A program made the position numbers and the translations under genes. Under the pieces are notes generated by a model that worked only from the letters and a program-made list of their open reading frames with translations, was not told where the DNA came from and did no database searches. Shown in pieces: positions 23,360 through 36,205 of a DNA stretch of 64,000 bases (positions are counted from its first letter, which is position 1; every line of letters starts with the position of its first letter). This DNA is from Squalus acanthias (lineage: Eukaryota), in the NCBI GenBank assembly GCA_030390025.1, contig CM059425.1, forward strand, positions 163,248,001-163,312,000. Direction: 5' to 3'.

Positions 23360-24067
23360 ACCCAACGAAAGTGCCGGTTTCGTGCATGCACTGCGCATGC
23401 GCTGGAAACCGAAACTTCCGTTCCCTTGAAGGAAGGGGTTCGGAGGTCAAACGCGTGCGCCGGAGAGACAGCGCGCACGCATCGGACTTCCATTTTTTTT
23501 CAGGTTTCTGTGTGAGGGTAAGTCCCCAGCAGCTGCGCGGGGAAAAAGCAGGCGCAAGGCCTGCTTTTAACAAGGTAAGTGGTGAATTAAGTAAAATTTA
23601 AACATTTTTTCCACAGGTTTATTATTTTTAAATACTTTAAAGAAAGGTAAGTTTATTTTTAGCCCCGTTAAAAACTGTAATTAATTTTTTCAAAAATTTA
23701 AATTATTGTTTAAAATAGTTATTTTGTGTAATTTATAGTTATTTTAAAAATGTGATTTAAAAAAAAAATTATTTGAAGTTTTAGTGAGGTTTTGGGGCTG
23801 ATCTCTATTCATAGATTTGACAGGTCTTCCTGTCAAATCTATGAATGGAGATTCCCTGCTCCGATTGGCTCTCCATGGCCCACGTGATCCCAGGGGTGGC
23901 TTCGAACTAACTGCGCCCCTGGGATACGCAAGCACTGCACACCGGCAACTGGAGAAGGCCCAGGATCGGAATTCCACGCGGGCCCAGAGCATAACAGCAG
24001 GCGCGCTAGGTAAGTGCAGGTTGGGGACTTGCACCCGCGGGAAGCCTCCGACCCGAATTTCTGACCC
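23360..24067. mobile_element. Harbinger-type MITE; inverted relative of 26847-27587, left end eroded
   Basis: Right end AATTTCTGACCC. Shares the GCATGCACTGCGCATGCGC block and the AT-rich core. Confidence 0.7.
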
Positions 24068-24489
24068 ATGGAGTTTAGTGTGCATTGTTCATGTGAGCCA
24101 CAATGTGAGACCAAGGTATATGAATGCAAACTATAATTGAATGAGCTTCATAAAGCAAGTACTGGTGGTATACCTGCCAGCATAGATTTATTGTGATTAT
24201 GCTTTTTTGGGGCATCATAAGGTTGTCTTAGTTATTATCTTCCAATTACTCTTGTGGGAGCTATGATCAATAGGTAGAAGTAGAAGTGGAAAATTGATAT
24301 TTAGTCAGTTGTTCCTTTGATACTTTGTCATCAAACCCACCCAATATATTTTTGGGAGAGAAATTGGTTAATTCCTGACTATGACCATGAAACAGCAATG
24401 CGTGCCCAAAGAGGTCAGCCCAAGAATTGCTTGAAATTGATCCTCTGGCCTCATTACTGTTAATGGGATATGGTATTAATTAATGAGGT

Positions 24490-25875
24490 AGTGCGAGGAG
24501 CTAATAGACTTCTTTGTCACTAAGATTGAGACCATCAGTTCAGCTCCCTCTGCTGCATCCTTCCCTTCCCCTTGCTCACCTATCCAAAGTTCTCTTCCCC
24601 CCCCCCACCCCCGCCCCCGCCCGCCCTAGTCCTGAACTTGCATCTTTCTGTCCCCTCATGCTCTCTCTGAGCTCATTTTCTCCATGAGACCCACCTCCTG
24701 CTCTCTTGAACCTATTCCCATCAAATTGCTGACCACCCAACTTCCCTTCCTGGGCCTATGCTAGCTGATACTGTAAATGGTTTCATCGCCTCAGGTAATG
24801 TCCCCCTCCCTTTTCAAATCTGTCATCATCACCCTCCTCAAAAAAAAAAAACACCCGTGACCCCTCTGTCCTTGCAGACTACCGCCCCATCTCCAACCTC
24901 CCTTTCCTCTCAAGTCCTAGAATGTGTTGTATTATAGTAGAAATTTCTGTTCACCATTTTAAAATGTATTGTCATCATATTGTTTGGGAACATCAAGAGA
25001 AAACACTGTACAGGCCTTGATTCTATGTATGAAAGGCCATAGGAGATCATAATACTAGTATTATACAAAGGTTACCTGCTTAAGGGACAGATTGCAGATA
25101 CCCACCTCCTGCTCTCTTGAACCTATTCCCATCAAATTGCTGACCATCCAACTTCCCTTCCTGGGCCTATGCTAGCTGATATTGTAAATGATTGCATCGC
25201 CTCAGGTAATGTCCCCCTCCCTTTTCAAATCTGTCATCATCACCCTCAAAAAAACACCTGTGACCCCTCTATCCTTGCAAACTACCACCCCATCTCCAAC
25301 CTCCCTTTCCTCTCAAGTCCTAGAATGTGTTGTCACCTCCCAGATATGTACCCATCTTTCCCTTAACTCCATGTCTAAATGGTCCTAATCAAAGTCATAA
25401 ATGGCATCCTCTGTGACTGACCATGGTGCACTATTCTTCCTCATCCTTCTTGACCTCTCTGCAGCCTTTGACACGGTTCATCATGCCATCCTCCTCAAAT
25501 GCCTCTCCTTCACTGTCCAGCTGAGTTGGAATGCTCTCACCTGGATCCATTTTTATCTATCCAGTTGTAGCCAGAGAATCTCCTGCAATAGCTTCTCTTC
25601 TCGCCTCTGCACCATTATTTATGGAGTTATCCAAGTATCTATCCTTGGCCAGTCCTGTTTCTTATCTACATGCTGCCCCTCAGCAATATCATCCGAAGGC
25701 ACAAAATCAGGTTCCAGATGTACGCTGATGATACCCAGCTCTACTTCCACCACCACCTCTCTTGACCCCTCCACTGCCTCTGTGTTGTCAGACTATTTGG
25801 CCAACATCCAGCCCTGGATTAGCCACAATGTCCTCCAATTAAATATTGGAAAGACCAAAGCCATTGTCTTCTCCA
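24490..25875 (+). mobile_element. Degenerate L2 LINE ORF2 fragment containing a local duplication
   Basis: ANYRPISNLPFLS, LILLDLSAAFDTV, LQLNIGKTKAI. Confidence 0.85.
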
Positions 25876-26330
25876 TTATATTTTTAATTCCCTGCTGTAG
25901 TGGCTGGTATCTTAATTTATTAACTTCTGGTGCCTGCTACTGTATGAATTTATCAATTCAGGCAGCAATGGCTGGTCCTTCATTATTCATCAATTCACTG
26001 GTGCCTACTTAGCTATGGTGCCTTAGTTGTGATGCATGTGGTTTGCATTGGTTTCTGTGGATTAATTTTCCTATTATGATTGTATTGTCAAAAAACAGTA
26101 ACACATTTAGTTCTAGTCTAATTTCTCAGTTTATTCCATTCATTTTTAATTTCCATTGTATTATAGTAGTAATTTCTGTTCACCATTTTAAAGTGTATTG
26201 TCATCACATTGTTTGGGAACATCAAGATAAAATACTGTACAGGCCTTGATTCTATGTATGAAAGGCCATAGGAGATCATAATACTAGTATTATACAAAGG
26301 TTACCTGCTTAAGAGACAAATTGCAGATAC
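24689..26330 (+). repeat. Complex local duplication A-B-A-C-B
   Basis: A occurs at 24689-24930 and 25100-25333. B occurs at 24927-25101 and 26156-26330. Confidence 0.9.
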
Positions 26331-26559
26331 ATATGGGTGGGGCTTCTTTATGCATTATTGATCCACCAGTACAGGAATACATACATGTCTGTACAACATC
26401 TATGAACTACATTTCTAACCACATTAATCTGTGAAAAATATGTTAATGTTAAGAGGTGTATTTTGAATAAAGCAGCTACAGAATAACAGTTGACTTTAAA
26501 TTATTTGCTTTTATACGTCATGTAACTTTCCTGCTATCAGCATATAATGGCTAACTTGA

Positions 26560-27749
26560 GGTGTCGGCTGTGGCTCAGTGGTAGCACTCTTGCAGCTGAG
26601 TCAGAGGTTGAGGGTTCAAACCCCACTCCAGAGACTTGAGCACATAATTGAGGCTGACAGTGCTGAGGGTAGTGCTGCACTGTCCGAGGTGCCGTCCTTC
26701 GGATGAGGCGTTAAACCAAGGTCCCGTCTGCTCTCTTAGGTAAACGTAAAAGATCCCATGTCATTATTTTGAAGAAGAGTAGTGGAGTTATCCCCGGTGT
26801 TCTGGCTAATATTTATCTCTCAACCAACATCACTAAAAATCAGATTGGCCCAAAAATTCGTGAGGAAGCCTTCGTGCGAGGGTAAGGCCTCCCCGCGATC
26901 TCTCACTGCGCGTTGGCTTTTTCAGTTCCAGCTCGCACGAACTTGATGTTCTGGACAGCTGCTGTGCTGGGCTTGCGTATCCCACCGGCGTAGTTAATTC
27001 GTGCGAGCTGTGGGATCACGTGACTCAGTTAGAGCCAATGGCAGCACACAATCTTCCATTCATAACTTTCACATAAGTGCTGTGAAAGCTATGAATACTA
27101 TAGCCCCCCAAAAGAACCGCTAAACCTCAATTAAATTTTTTTAAAAAAACATCACATTAATAAAATAAGTATAGTTAAATAAATTAACCATTTTAAATAA
27201 AAAATTACATTTTTGAAAAAATTTAAAATCTTTTAAAAAGTTATAAAAATAAACTTACCTGTCTTTAAAGTCTCTAAAAAAGATATACCTGTTAAAAAAA
27301 ATTCAAAATAATACTTAATTCACTACTTACCTTGTTAAAAGTGGGTCTTACTCCTTTTTTTATGTGTAGAATCTTCCGTACTTACCTGCGCGTTGAAACC
27401 ACTAAGTGCACAGCGTGCGCGCAGCCTGTAGCGCGCACGCGGTTCACCTAGGACCCGCCCCCTTTTCCATTCACCAAGTGCCGGTTTTCAGCGCATGCGC
27501 AGTGCATGCAGAAAACCGGCAATTGGAGACAGAATACGCGAGAGTACGCAGTGCGTACTCTCGCGTAGCGGCACTAATTTTTGGGCCATTATCTGGTCAT
27601 TGTTGTGGGAGCTTGCTGTGCGCAAATTGGTTGCTGCATTTCCTACATTACAACAGTGACTACACTTCAAAATTACTTAATTGGTTGTGAAGTGCTTTGG
27701 GATTTCCTGTGGTCCTGAAAGGCGCTATATAAATGCAAGTTATTTCTTT
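26560..27749 (+). mobile_element. Near full-length SacSINE1-like Deu-SINE interrupted by a MITE
   Basis: A-box TGGCTCAGTGGT (26571), B-box GGTTCAAACC (26613), Deu core. Tail resumes at 27588. Confidence 0.88.
26847..27587. mobile_element. Harbinger-type MITE
   Basis: Perfect 12-bp TIR GGCCCAAAAATT / AATTTTTGGGCC. TSD ATT (26844-26846, 27588-27590), confirmed against the empty SINE site cagattatctgg at about 8217. Confidence 0.92.
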
Positions 27750-28340
27750 AATTACCACGATAATGGAATTACTGCATTGAATTATAAACCAGGAAGAAGG
27801 TGTATGATACACAGCCAAAATAGAATCATAGAATGGCTAAAGCACAGAAGGAGGCCATTTATCCCGTCGAGCCCGTGCTGGCTCTCTGCAAGAGCACTTC
27901 AGCTAGTCCCACTCCCCCGCAGGATAGATTCGCAGACATTAATTCTGCCGAAATTAAGAGACTTGGTCTATTTGCTAAGGGAATCTTTGTATTGTCAACG
28001 TGTCCATGGGAGCTTTCGGGTCATCTTGGGGACTGTGTTTCCAGTCTACGTGAAGTGAAAGGCGAGTAACAACCCATCCAAGCAGCGGGTCGTACCGATT
28101 ACAGGAAGAATAGCACTGTTCTACTATACAGTCCTGAAAAGAGCGAAATATTCAAAGCCAAACAACAGTTTAATAAAAGGGAAATAATCGAAGGCATAAC
28201 TATTTTCCATTTCCTTATGATATATACTTGCTTGGAAAAGTCCAAAGGGTTCTGTAAAAATAATCAATGTATTTTAAGAAAGTGAATAACAATGATCACC
28301 ACCAGCAATGAACAGCAATGTCAGTTGAGTTGGGCACTCT

Positions 28341-29543
28341 TCAGATAGAACTATCACAGGATGCGAGCTCGCTGTTGGGAGACGGAGGTTTGCCAAAGGA
28401 AACTGAATGGATGGTGTCTGCCTCAGATGTGGTGGTGCTGGAGTGCGCTACTCGTTTCCCAACTGCGCACAGTTCCCTGTGGAATGTGTTTTCTCTGTAA
28501 TCTTTCAGACAGGAGAAGCACACGTTCTTCTCTAGTCGTCTCAAGTAGACGTTGTTGGTCTTAAAGAACAGGTAGACATATGGGTTGACGGCACTGTTGG
28601 AAACCACGAAGATTCCCAGGACTGCAATCACCTCGGCGTCTGTCTCAGTGATGGCCCCGAAGGCAACTTTCATCTCTATGATAAAATAAGGTAGCCCACA
28701 GACTATAAAGAGTATGATAATTACTAGGGTCATCTTCAGTGTCTTTACCTTGGCTCTTGGAATGAAGCTTTTGGTAGCGATGATTCGGATTGGTCTCTGT
28801 TGCTTGTGATCAATGTTTATATTTGGTTTGCAATTTCCGATGTGCTGCTCTTTCCTCCAAATGGTCCAGAGGATTCTCGTGTACGCCACGCATAGGATAC
28901 AAAAGGGAGCAAGGAAGACAGTAATAGCTCCAAATACGATATACGTTTGGAAGTGCCATTTGGGCAGATCCCGAAACGTGCTCAGACATTTCTCTCTGTC
29001 TCCTTGTACTGTCAATTTGAAGACAAAGGCTTGGGGGATGGAGAGCACGAAAGCACTGATCCAAGATACGGTAGTCAAGATTTTGGTAGGGAGAGGAGAG
29101 TCCAGTGGGTTGGCTATCACATGGTGCCTTTCCAACGCGATGATCGCTATGATGCTGGAAGAAGCAGTCAGTCCAAAGACCTGGAAAACTTTGAAAAATC
29201 TGCAGGCGAGATCTCCAGCCAGCCACTCGTTGTCCAACACTTCCCAAATAATCTGAGACAGCAGGGTCATGATAGAGACACACAGGTCCGCCGCAGCCAG
29301 GTTAGTGATGAGGAAATCAATTTTCCGCCTCTTGCTTTTGCTGCAGCAGATTCTGTGCAGCACTGCCAGGTTCCCTACCAAAGCCAGGGCGAAAACGACG
29401 GTCATGGAGATGATCCTGGTCTGTCTGTTGTACAACAGGAGCTTAAAAACTTTGCTCACATTACCTGATGAATTCAGACTCCAGACATCCAGAGAAGAGA
29501 AGTTTCTTTGAACCGGACTGTACAAGGTAACCACCGTCTCCAT
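28341..29543 (-). CDS. GPR150: Orphan class A GPCR GPR150 (vasopressin/oxytocin/GnRH-receptor related), single coding exon, 400 aa
   Basis: Seven hydrophobic segments. KRRKIDFL..LAAADL, LSQIIWE, GDLACRF, IALERH and NPYVY match remembered GPR150. Intronless and adjacent to ARSK. Confidence 0.9.
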   Translation of the reverse strand: METVVTLYSPVQRNFSSLDVWSLNSSGNVSKVFKLLLYNRQTRIISMTVVFALALVGNLAVLHRICCSKSKRRKIDFLITNLAAADLCVSIMTLLSQIIWEVLDNEWLAGDLACRFFKVFQVFGLTASSSIIAIIALERHHVIANPLDSPLPTKILTTVSWISAFVLSIPQAFVFKLTVQGDREKCLSTFRDLPKWHFQTYIVFGAITVFLAPFCILCVAYTRILWTIWRKEQHIGNCKPNINIDHKQQRPIRIIATKSFIPRAKVKTLKMTLVIIILFIVCGLPYFIIEMKVAFGAITETDAEVIAVLGIFVVSNSAVNPYVYLFFKTNNVYLRRLEKNVCFSCLKDYRENTFHRELCAVGKRVAHSSTTTSEADTIHSVSFGKPPSPNSELASCDSSI

Positions 29544-31084
29544 TACACAAAACGTTATTTCGGTTATAAATTTGTCTTGATTCGGTGTAAGACTTAACTT
29601 TCTCGGCTAGTGCGTTCGAACCAAAAGATTCAGAGACCGAGATCATTAATATCTGTACTGAGATATATATATATATTTATTTATTTATTTATCCGCGTCA
29701 TCTGACGACACGACGAGTGTAAGTAACAGTGTTTCATGTTGGCGGGAGAGCGCGTCTGACGTCTCTGCTGTGAAATGCATTGGCCTTCTCGCTGTATGGC
29801 AATCTCAATTTGATACTAATACACAATCTTATTCCAGACCCTTTTAAAAGCAACGCTTTTGACGTTTCGACTTGTTGCTGTAGTGCAATAAGTTCCAAAC
29901 CTTTGATATAAATGGATTGGATACACAGACTGCAGCGGTCTCCTGAATGAAAGGTTAAACATCTTTTGACGTCTACCTCATATGAAGGTTCGATTATGGA
30001 CATGAAGTTATTGTTCTATAATGGGTCAGCAGGTTTACTTTAGGTTAACACAATTATATGTTGTGTTGAATAATAAATACAATCATGATTAAACGTAATC
30101 CTGTCAGGCTGTACAAAATGAAAACCAAAAATCATCTTTTAACAAATGTCCTTATTTCTGGTGATTTCGAACTAACAAAATGGCTCTGTATTTTGTTTGC
30201 TGGTTATGTGGCATAACATCAAACTGCAGTCAGAGTCATTCTTATAGATTCTGTATATTGTATTAGATTCAACAATGCGGTGTTACAAATTCAATTCCGC
30301 TGAATACATATATTTTATCTGCAAATTCAGGATTACAATGGTACCCGATTTTGGGCGATGTTCTAAAGCAACATTGTAAACTCTCATTCTCCTTCACTGA
30401 GGCTGTGCTAAGCCAAGTGCTGGTGGTGTGTTTTTTGGATGCAGCAACACTCAATGTAAAATTTGCCCACTTTTTGTTGTTGTCACTTGATGGAGAGATG
30501 CATGTTAGCTGAAAAGCTAGTATGGGACTTATCATTTGAGCCAGTTAATTCAAATATATCGTTTTCATTGCTCCGGTTCTAAAATGCTTTGAATGAAAAG
30601 GCATTCTTCTGTTTTCGTGCTTCGCTGTGCTCCCAGATCTGTTTCTCAGGTAAAATAGAATTTACTTCAGATGGTTTAATTATATTTAGGTGTATAATTA
30701 ATCTAGTTTCTGTTAACCTTATATGTGACCTTGCCTTTAATTATACCAAATTAGGGACAATACAGAGGGATCTACCCCTCGAACAAATTACGGCATAGCT
30801 TCGCAATGATTTATAAAAATATATATTTCGTATTAAACAAGAAAATGATAGATAAGTAGGTTAATCAAGCAAAAGGCAATTTTATCCAATCAATAAAACT
30901 ATATAACCCAGGAATAATAAAATAGTTATGAAAGTCTTCGGTCGGAATTAGATAATACGATATTCCATAGTTCACTATTTGCTATTCTACATACATTTAA
31001 ATTAAACATTAAAATGTCTTTAAAACAGTATTTCTAATCAGTAATAAGATAAGTGAATGGCAAGACTTTAATAAGCATTACCTG

Positions 31085-34000
31085 TTATAAATGGAAGATT
31101 GCCCAGGTATATCGTATCCACAAAAAACAGGGAAAAACTAACCTGATCCTGCCTTATCAGCCACCTCCCAATCATCAGTAAAGTAATGGAAGGAATAATG
31201 AATACTGCCTCCTACTCACCAATAACCTTTATGCTAAGTTTGGGTTCTACCATAACTACTTTGCTCCAATCCTCATTGCAGCTTAGATCCAAGCATGGAT
31301 ACAAGAGCTGCATGCCAGAGGAGAGGTGAGAGTATCTGCCCTTGACATCAAGGCAATATTCAACCGAGCATGGCACCAAGGAGAGTGAGCAAAACTGAAG
31401 TCAGTAGGGGTCAAGGGGCAAATCATCCAGTGGCTGGAGTCATACCTGATGCAAAGGAAGGTGATTGTCATTGGAGGCCATCATCACAGCCCCAGGTATC
31501 ACTGCAGGAGGTTCTCAGGGAAGTGTCCATAGTCAACCATCTTCAGCTGCTTCATCAATGATCTTCCCTCTGCCATAAGGTCAGAAGTGAAGCTATTTGC
31601 TGATGATACTACAGTGTTCAGTTCCATTTACAACTCCTCTGATAATGAAGCAGCCCATGCCAAGCAACAGCAGGACCTGGATAACATCCACGATTAGGTT
31701 GACAAGTGACAAGTAATATTCACACCACATAAATGCCAGGTAATGATCATCTCAAACTAGAAAAAGCCCAGCCATATTCCCATGACCTTCAACTGTGTCA
31801 TTATCAACTAGTTTCTCACTGTCAATATCTTAGGGGTCACTACTGACCAGTAGCTTAATTAGACTGTCCATATCAGCATTGTGGCTACAAAAGCAGGGCA
31901 GAGGCTCACCTTCTAACTCCTTGAAGCCTTTCCACCATCTGTAATGCTTAAGTCAGGTGCGTGATGGAATACTCACCACTCATCTAGATGGGTAAAGCCA
32001 CAACACTCAAAAATTTTGAAACCATTCAGGACAGAACAGTTCATTTATTTGGCGTTACTACCACAGGTCTCACACGGGTATGGGCGTTCTCCAATGATGG
32101 TGGAGCCCAGCACGTGAGTGCAAAAGACAAGGCTGAAGCGTTTGCAACCATCTTCAGCCAGAAGTGCTGAGTGGATGATCCATATCTGTCTACTCCCGAG
32201 GTCCCCACCATCACAGAAGCCAGTCTTCAGCCAAATCGATTCACTCCACGTGATATCCAAAAACGGCTGAGCGCACTGGATACAGCAAAGGCTATGGGCC
32301 CCGACAACATCCCGGCTATCGTGCTGAAGACTTGTGCTCCAGAACTAACAGCGCCTCTAGCCAAGCTGTTCCAGTACAGCTACAACACTGGCATCTATCC
32401 GACAATGTGGAAAACTGCCCAGGTATGGCTTGTCCACAAAAGCAGGACAAATCCAACCCAGCCAATTATGGCCCATCAGTCTACTCTCAATCATCAGCAA
32501 AGTGATGGAAGGTGTCATTGACAGTGCTATCAAGTGGCACGTACTCACCAATCACCTGCTCACTGATGCCCAGTTTGGGTTCCGCCAAGACCACTCAGCT
32601 CCAGACCTCATTACAGCCTTGGTCCAAACATGGACAAAGGAGCTGAATTCCAGAGGTGAGGTGAGAGTGACTGCCCTTGACATCAAGGCAACATTTGACT
32701 GAATGTGGCATCAAGGAGCCCTAGTAAAACTGAAGTCAATGGGAATCAGGGGGAAAACGCTCCACTGGCTGGAGTCATACCTAGCACGAAGGAAAATTGT
32801 TGTGGTGATTGAAGGTCAATCATCACAGCCCCAGGACATCGCTGCAGGAGTTCCTCAGGGCAGTGTCCTAGGCCCAACCATCTTCAGCTGCTTCATCAAT
32901 GACCTTCCCTCCAACATAAGGTCAGAAATGGGGATGTTCGCTGATGACTGCACAGTGTTCAGTGCCATTCACAACTCCTCAGATAATGAAGCAGTCCATG
33001 CCCGCATGCAACAAGACCTGGACGACGTTTAGGCTTGGGCTGATAAGTGGCAGGTAACATTCGCGCCACAGAAGTGCCAGGCAATGACTATCTCCAACAA
33101 GCGAGAATCTAACCACCTCCCCTTGACATTCAACGGCATTACCATCGCCGAATCCCCCACCATCAACATCCTGGGGGTCACCATTGACCAGAAACTTAAC
33201 TGGACCAGCCACATAAATACTGTGGCAACAAGAGCAGGTCAGAGGCTAGGTATTCTGCGGCGAGAGTCTCATCTCCTGACTCCCCAAAGTCTTTCCACCA
33301 TCTGCAAGACACAAGTAAGGAGTGTGATGGAATACTCTCCACTTGCCTGGATGAGTGCAGCTTCAGCAACACTCAAGAAGCTCGACACCATCCAGGACAA
33401 AGCAGCCCATTTGATTAGCACCCCATCCACCACCTTAAACATTCACTCCCTCCACCACCGGTGTACCGTGGCTGCAGTGTGTAGCATCTACAAGATGCAC
33501 TGCAGCAACTCGCCAAGGCTTCTTTGGCAGCACCTCCCAAACCCGCGACCTCTTCCACCTAGAAGGACAAGGGCAGCAGGCGCATGGGAACACCACCACC
33601 TCCAAGTTCCCCTCCAAGTCACACACCATCCTGACTTAGAAGTATATTGCTGATCCTTCATCGTCGCTAGGTCAAAATCCTGGAACTCCCTACCTAACAG
33701 CACTGTGGGAGTACCATCATCACACGAACTGCAGCGGTTCAAGAAGGCGGCTCACCACCACCTTTCAAGGGCAACTAGCGATGGGCAATAAATGCTGGCC
33801 TTGCTAGCGACGCCCAGATCCCATAAGCGAATTTAAAAAAAACCCATAGGACTCAATATCTACCCCCTCCAGCATTGGCACACTATGGCAGCAAAATGTC
33901 TGATCTATAGAATGCACTGTAGCATCTCACTAAGGTTACTTCAACATCTTCCCCGGCAACTTCAACTACTTCAACCATCACTCCAAGTTTCCCTCCAAGT

Positions 34001-34200
34001 CATACACTATTCTGACTTGGACATATAGTACCATTCCTTGAATATCCTGGAATTCCCTATCTACCAGCATTATGGGAGCAATATCACCACAAGGACTGCA
34101 GCAGTTCATAGAGAAAGCCTACCACCACCTCCTCAGGGCAACTAGGGATTGGCAATAAATGTGGCCTTACCAGCATCGCCTACATTTCGACAAATAATAA
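31085..34200 (+). mobile_element. Older decayed non-LTR retrotransposon (CR1/L2-group, clade unassigned) split by a younger copy of the same family
   Basis: RT motifs at 31300-31700. 3' part resumes at 33844 and ends caccacctcctcagggcaactagggattggcaataaat. Confidence 0.8.
32089..33843 (+). mobile_element. Younger 5'-truncated copy of the same LINE family
   Basis: KAMGPDNIP, QFGFR, ALDIKATFD, GVPQGSVLGP, FADD. A-rich tail. Imperfect TSD CCACAGGTCTCA / CCATAGGACTCA. Confidence 0.9.
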
Positions 34201-34900
34201 AAGAAAAAGAAAGGGGAAAATACTTAGACTTAAATCTGAAACTACTAATTTTAAAAAAATTCATGGCTTGACTCTGATGATTTTCTCAGCACAGATGGAG
34301 TGAAATCAGTTTTGGTTCGCCGACTTTTTCACTGAAGGTTGTCCAATAGTTATTTTATCCACACCAGTGTTATAAGTAGAGAATTTCTTTTACGTACAAC
34401 GGAGGAAAAATTCAGTTGGTTAGCGCCTCCAGTTAGTGCCTGGCAGGGGCGTTAACGGGGCACTGATGCAGTAGTGCCGGGGCGAGGCGAATCCAGCGAC
34501 GCATGCCAAATCTGGCCTCCCTGTAGTGCCGCCGCTATGAGTTATCGCCGGGGACCTCAGCGTCAGGCAGATCGTGACATCAGTGAGTGTGCAACGCTCA
34601 TTGAGCACATGATCTGCAAAATTCATTGACGCCCCCTGCTTTAGTGCCTCGCCCCGACAGTGACAGGGAGAGGAGGGGTCAAGCAGGCGGATGCTCCAGG
34701 GGCGCTACTTAAAGGGATCATTAGTACTGAGTCGCAGCTGTCATGTTAGTGCTGCTTCACTGCTTCCTTGTCAGTTTGACATTGTGCAACAGTTTAATTC
34801 AGTCATTTAATGGTTATTTAGTATCAGGAATGTTGTGGCTACTAACAATTAGTTACATTTATTCTTACAACATATCAAAGTGCTACATTTGATTACATTA

Positions 34901-36031
34901 ATGGGGGCTGTACTGGCAGTCGACCCTCGCCCTCCAGGATCTACGGCGGAGGGAGCGAGAAAGATAGGAACATGTGGCCAGAGGGAGGAGGAGGACCATC
35001 AGGGCTCTCAACAGGAGGCCTTGCCCTCCGAGGGTATTCCGAGGGCACGTCTTCTACCTCCAATTAAGCGAGGAGCAGTGTATTAGAAAGCTCCACTTCA
35101 GTAAGGAAGTGGTCACAGAACTATGCCACCTCCTGCAACCAGACCTCCAGCCTCAGATCAGGGTGACCACGGCTCTCCCAGTGGCGGTCAAGGTCACCGT
35201 TGCCCTCAATTTCTTCACCAGCAAATCCTTCCAGTCTGCAACAGGAGATATAGCTAACATCTCGCTGTTCGCTGTCCATTGCTGCATCCGGGAGGTCACA
35301 GAGGCTCTCTACAGTAGAAGAAGGGATTACATTTCCTTCCCCATCACCAGAGAGAAGCAGGACGAACGTGCATGTGGCTTTGCCAGGCTAGCGGGCTTCC
35401 CCATGGTGCAGGGCGCTATTGACTGCACCCACGTGGCTTTGCGGGCACCATATAACAATCCTGAGATCTTCCGTAACCGCAAAGGCTACCACTCACTTAA
35501 TGTGTAGTTGGTGTGCGACCATAGACAATGTGAATGCCCACTATCCTGGCAGCAGAAATGATGCCGTCATCCTGCGCCAGACCCGTGTGCCAGCACTCTT
35601 CTAGCCACGACGTTAAGCTTGCGGCTGGCTGGTCGGAGACAAGGGCTATCGGCTCTCCACCTGGCTCATGACTCCCCATCACAATCCCAACACTCCTGCC
35701 CAGCACTCATATAATGAGAGCCATGCTGCCACCAGGAACATCATCGAGCAGACCAGCGGGGTGCTCAAGCAACGGTTCTGCTGCCTTGACTGCTCGGGAG
35801 GAGCCCTCCAGTACTTGGCTGAGCGGGTGTCCCATTTCATGGTGGTCTGCTGCATGCTTCACAACTTGGGCATCATCAGGGCCCAGCCCTTGCCACCAGG
35901 GATTGCGGGAGTACCTCAGGAGGAGGAAGAGGGAGAGGAGGAGGAGTAAGAGGAAGGCGAGGAGGAGGAGGAACAGGAGCGAGGGAGGAGGCAGCCACTT
36001 AATTGGCCTTATCAGGCTGCGGTTCCAATAA
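34901..36031 (+). pseudogene. Harbinger (HARBI1-like) DDE transposase, disrupted
   Basis: [57 protein letters not shown]. In-frame stops and frameshifts. Confidence 0.92.
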
Positions 36032-36205
36032 ATTAAAATCCAGATCCCCGTTGCTCACCACATCCCCATCATTCTATCCCTGTCGCAGGCCATATCACAG
36101 AACAAAGCTGAAATGAGAGACACCACAAAATAATCGAAACTGAATTAATAAATTTATCAATAATCAGTGAACACATATTACCAACAACAATATTACTTAT
36201 TCACC

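Noticed and set aside
26571..26630. tRNA-like A and B boxes
   Set aside because: This is the head of a SINE, not a tRNA gene.
28810..29511. ORFs overlapping GPR150 in other frames or antisense
   Set aside because: Shadow ORFs with no independent support.
34974..35949. Possible domesticated HARBI1 gene
   Set aside because: It has stops and frameshifts, multiple copies and a linked Myb gene, so it is a transposon relic.
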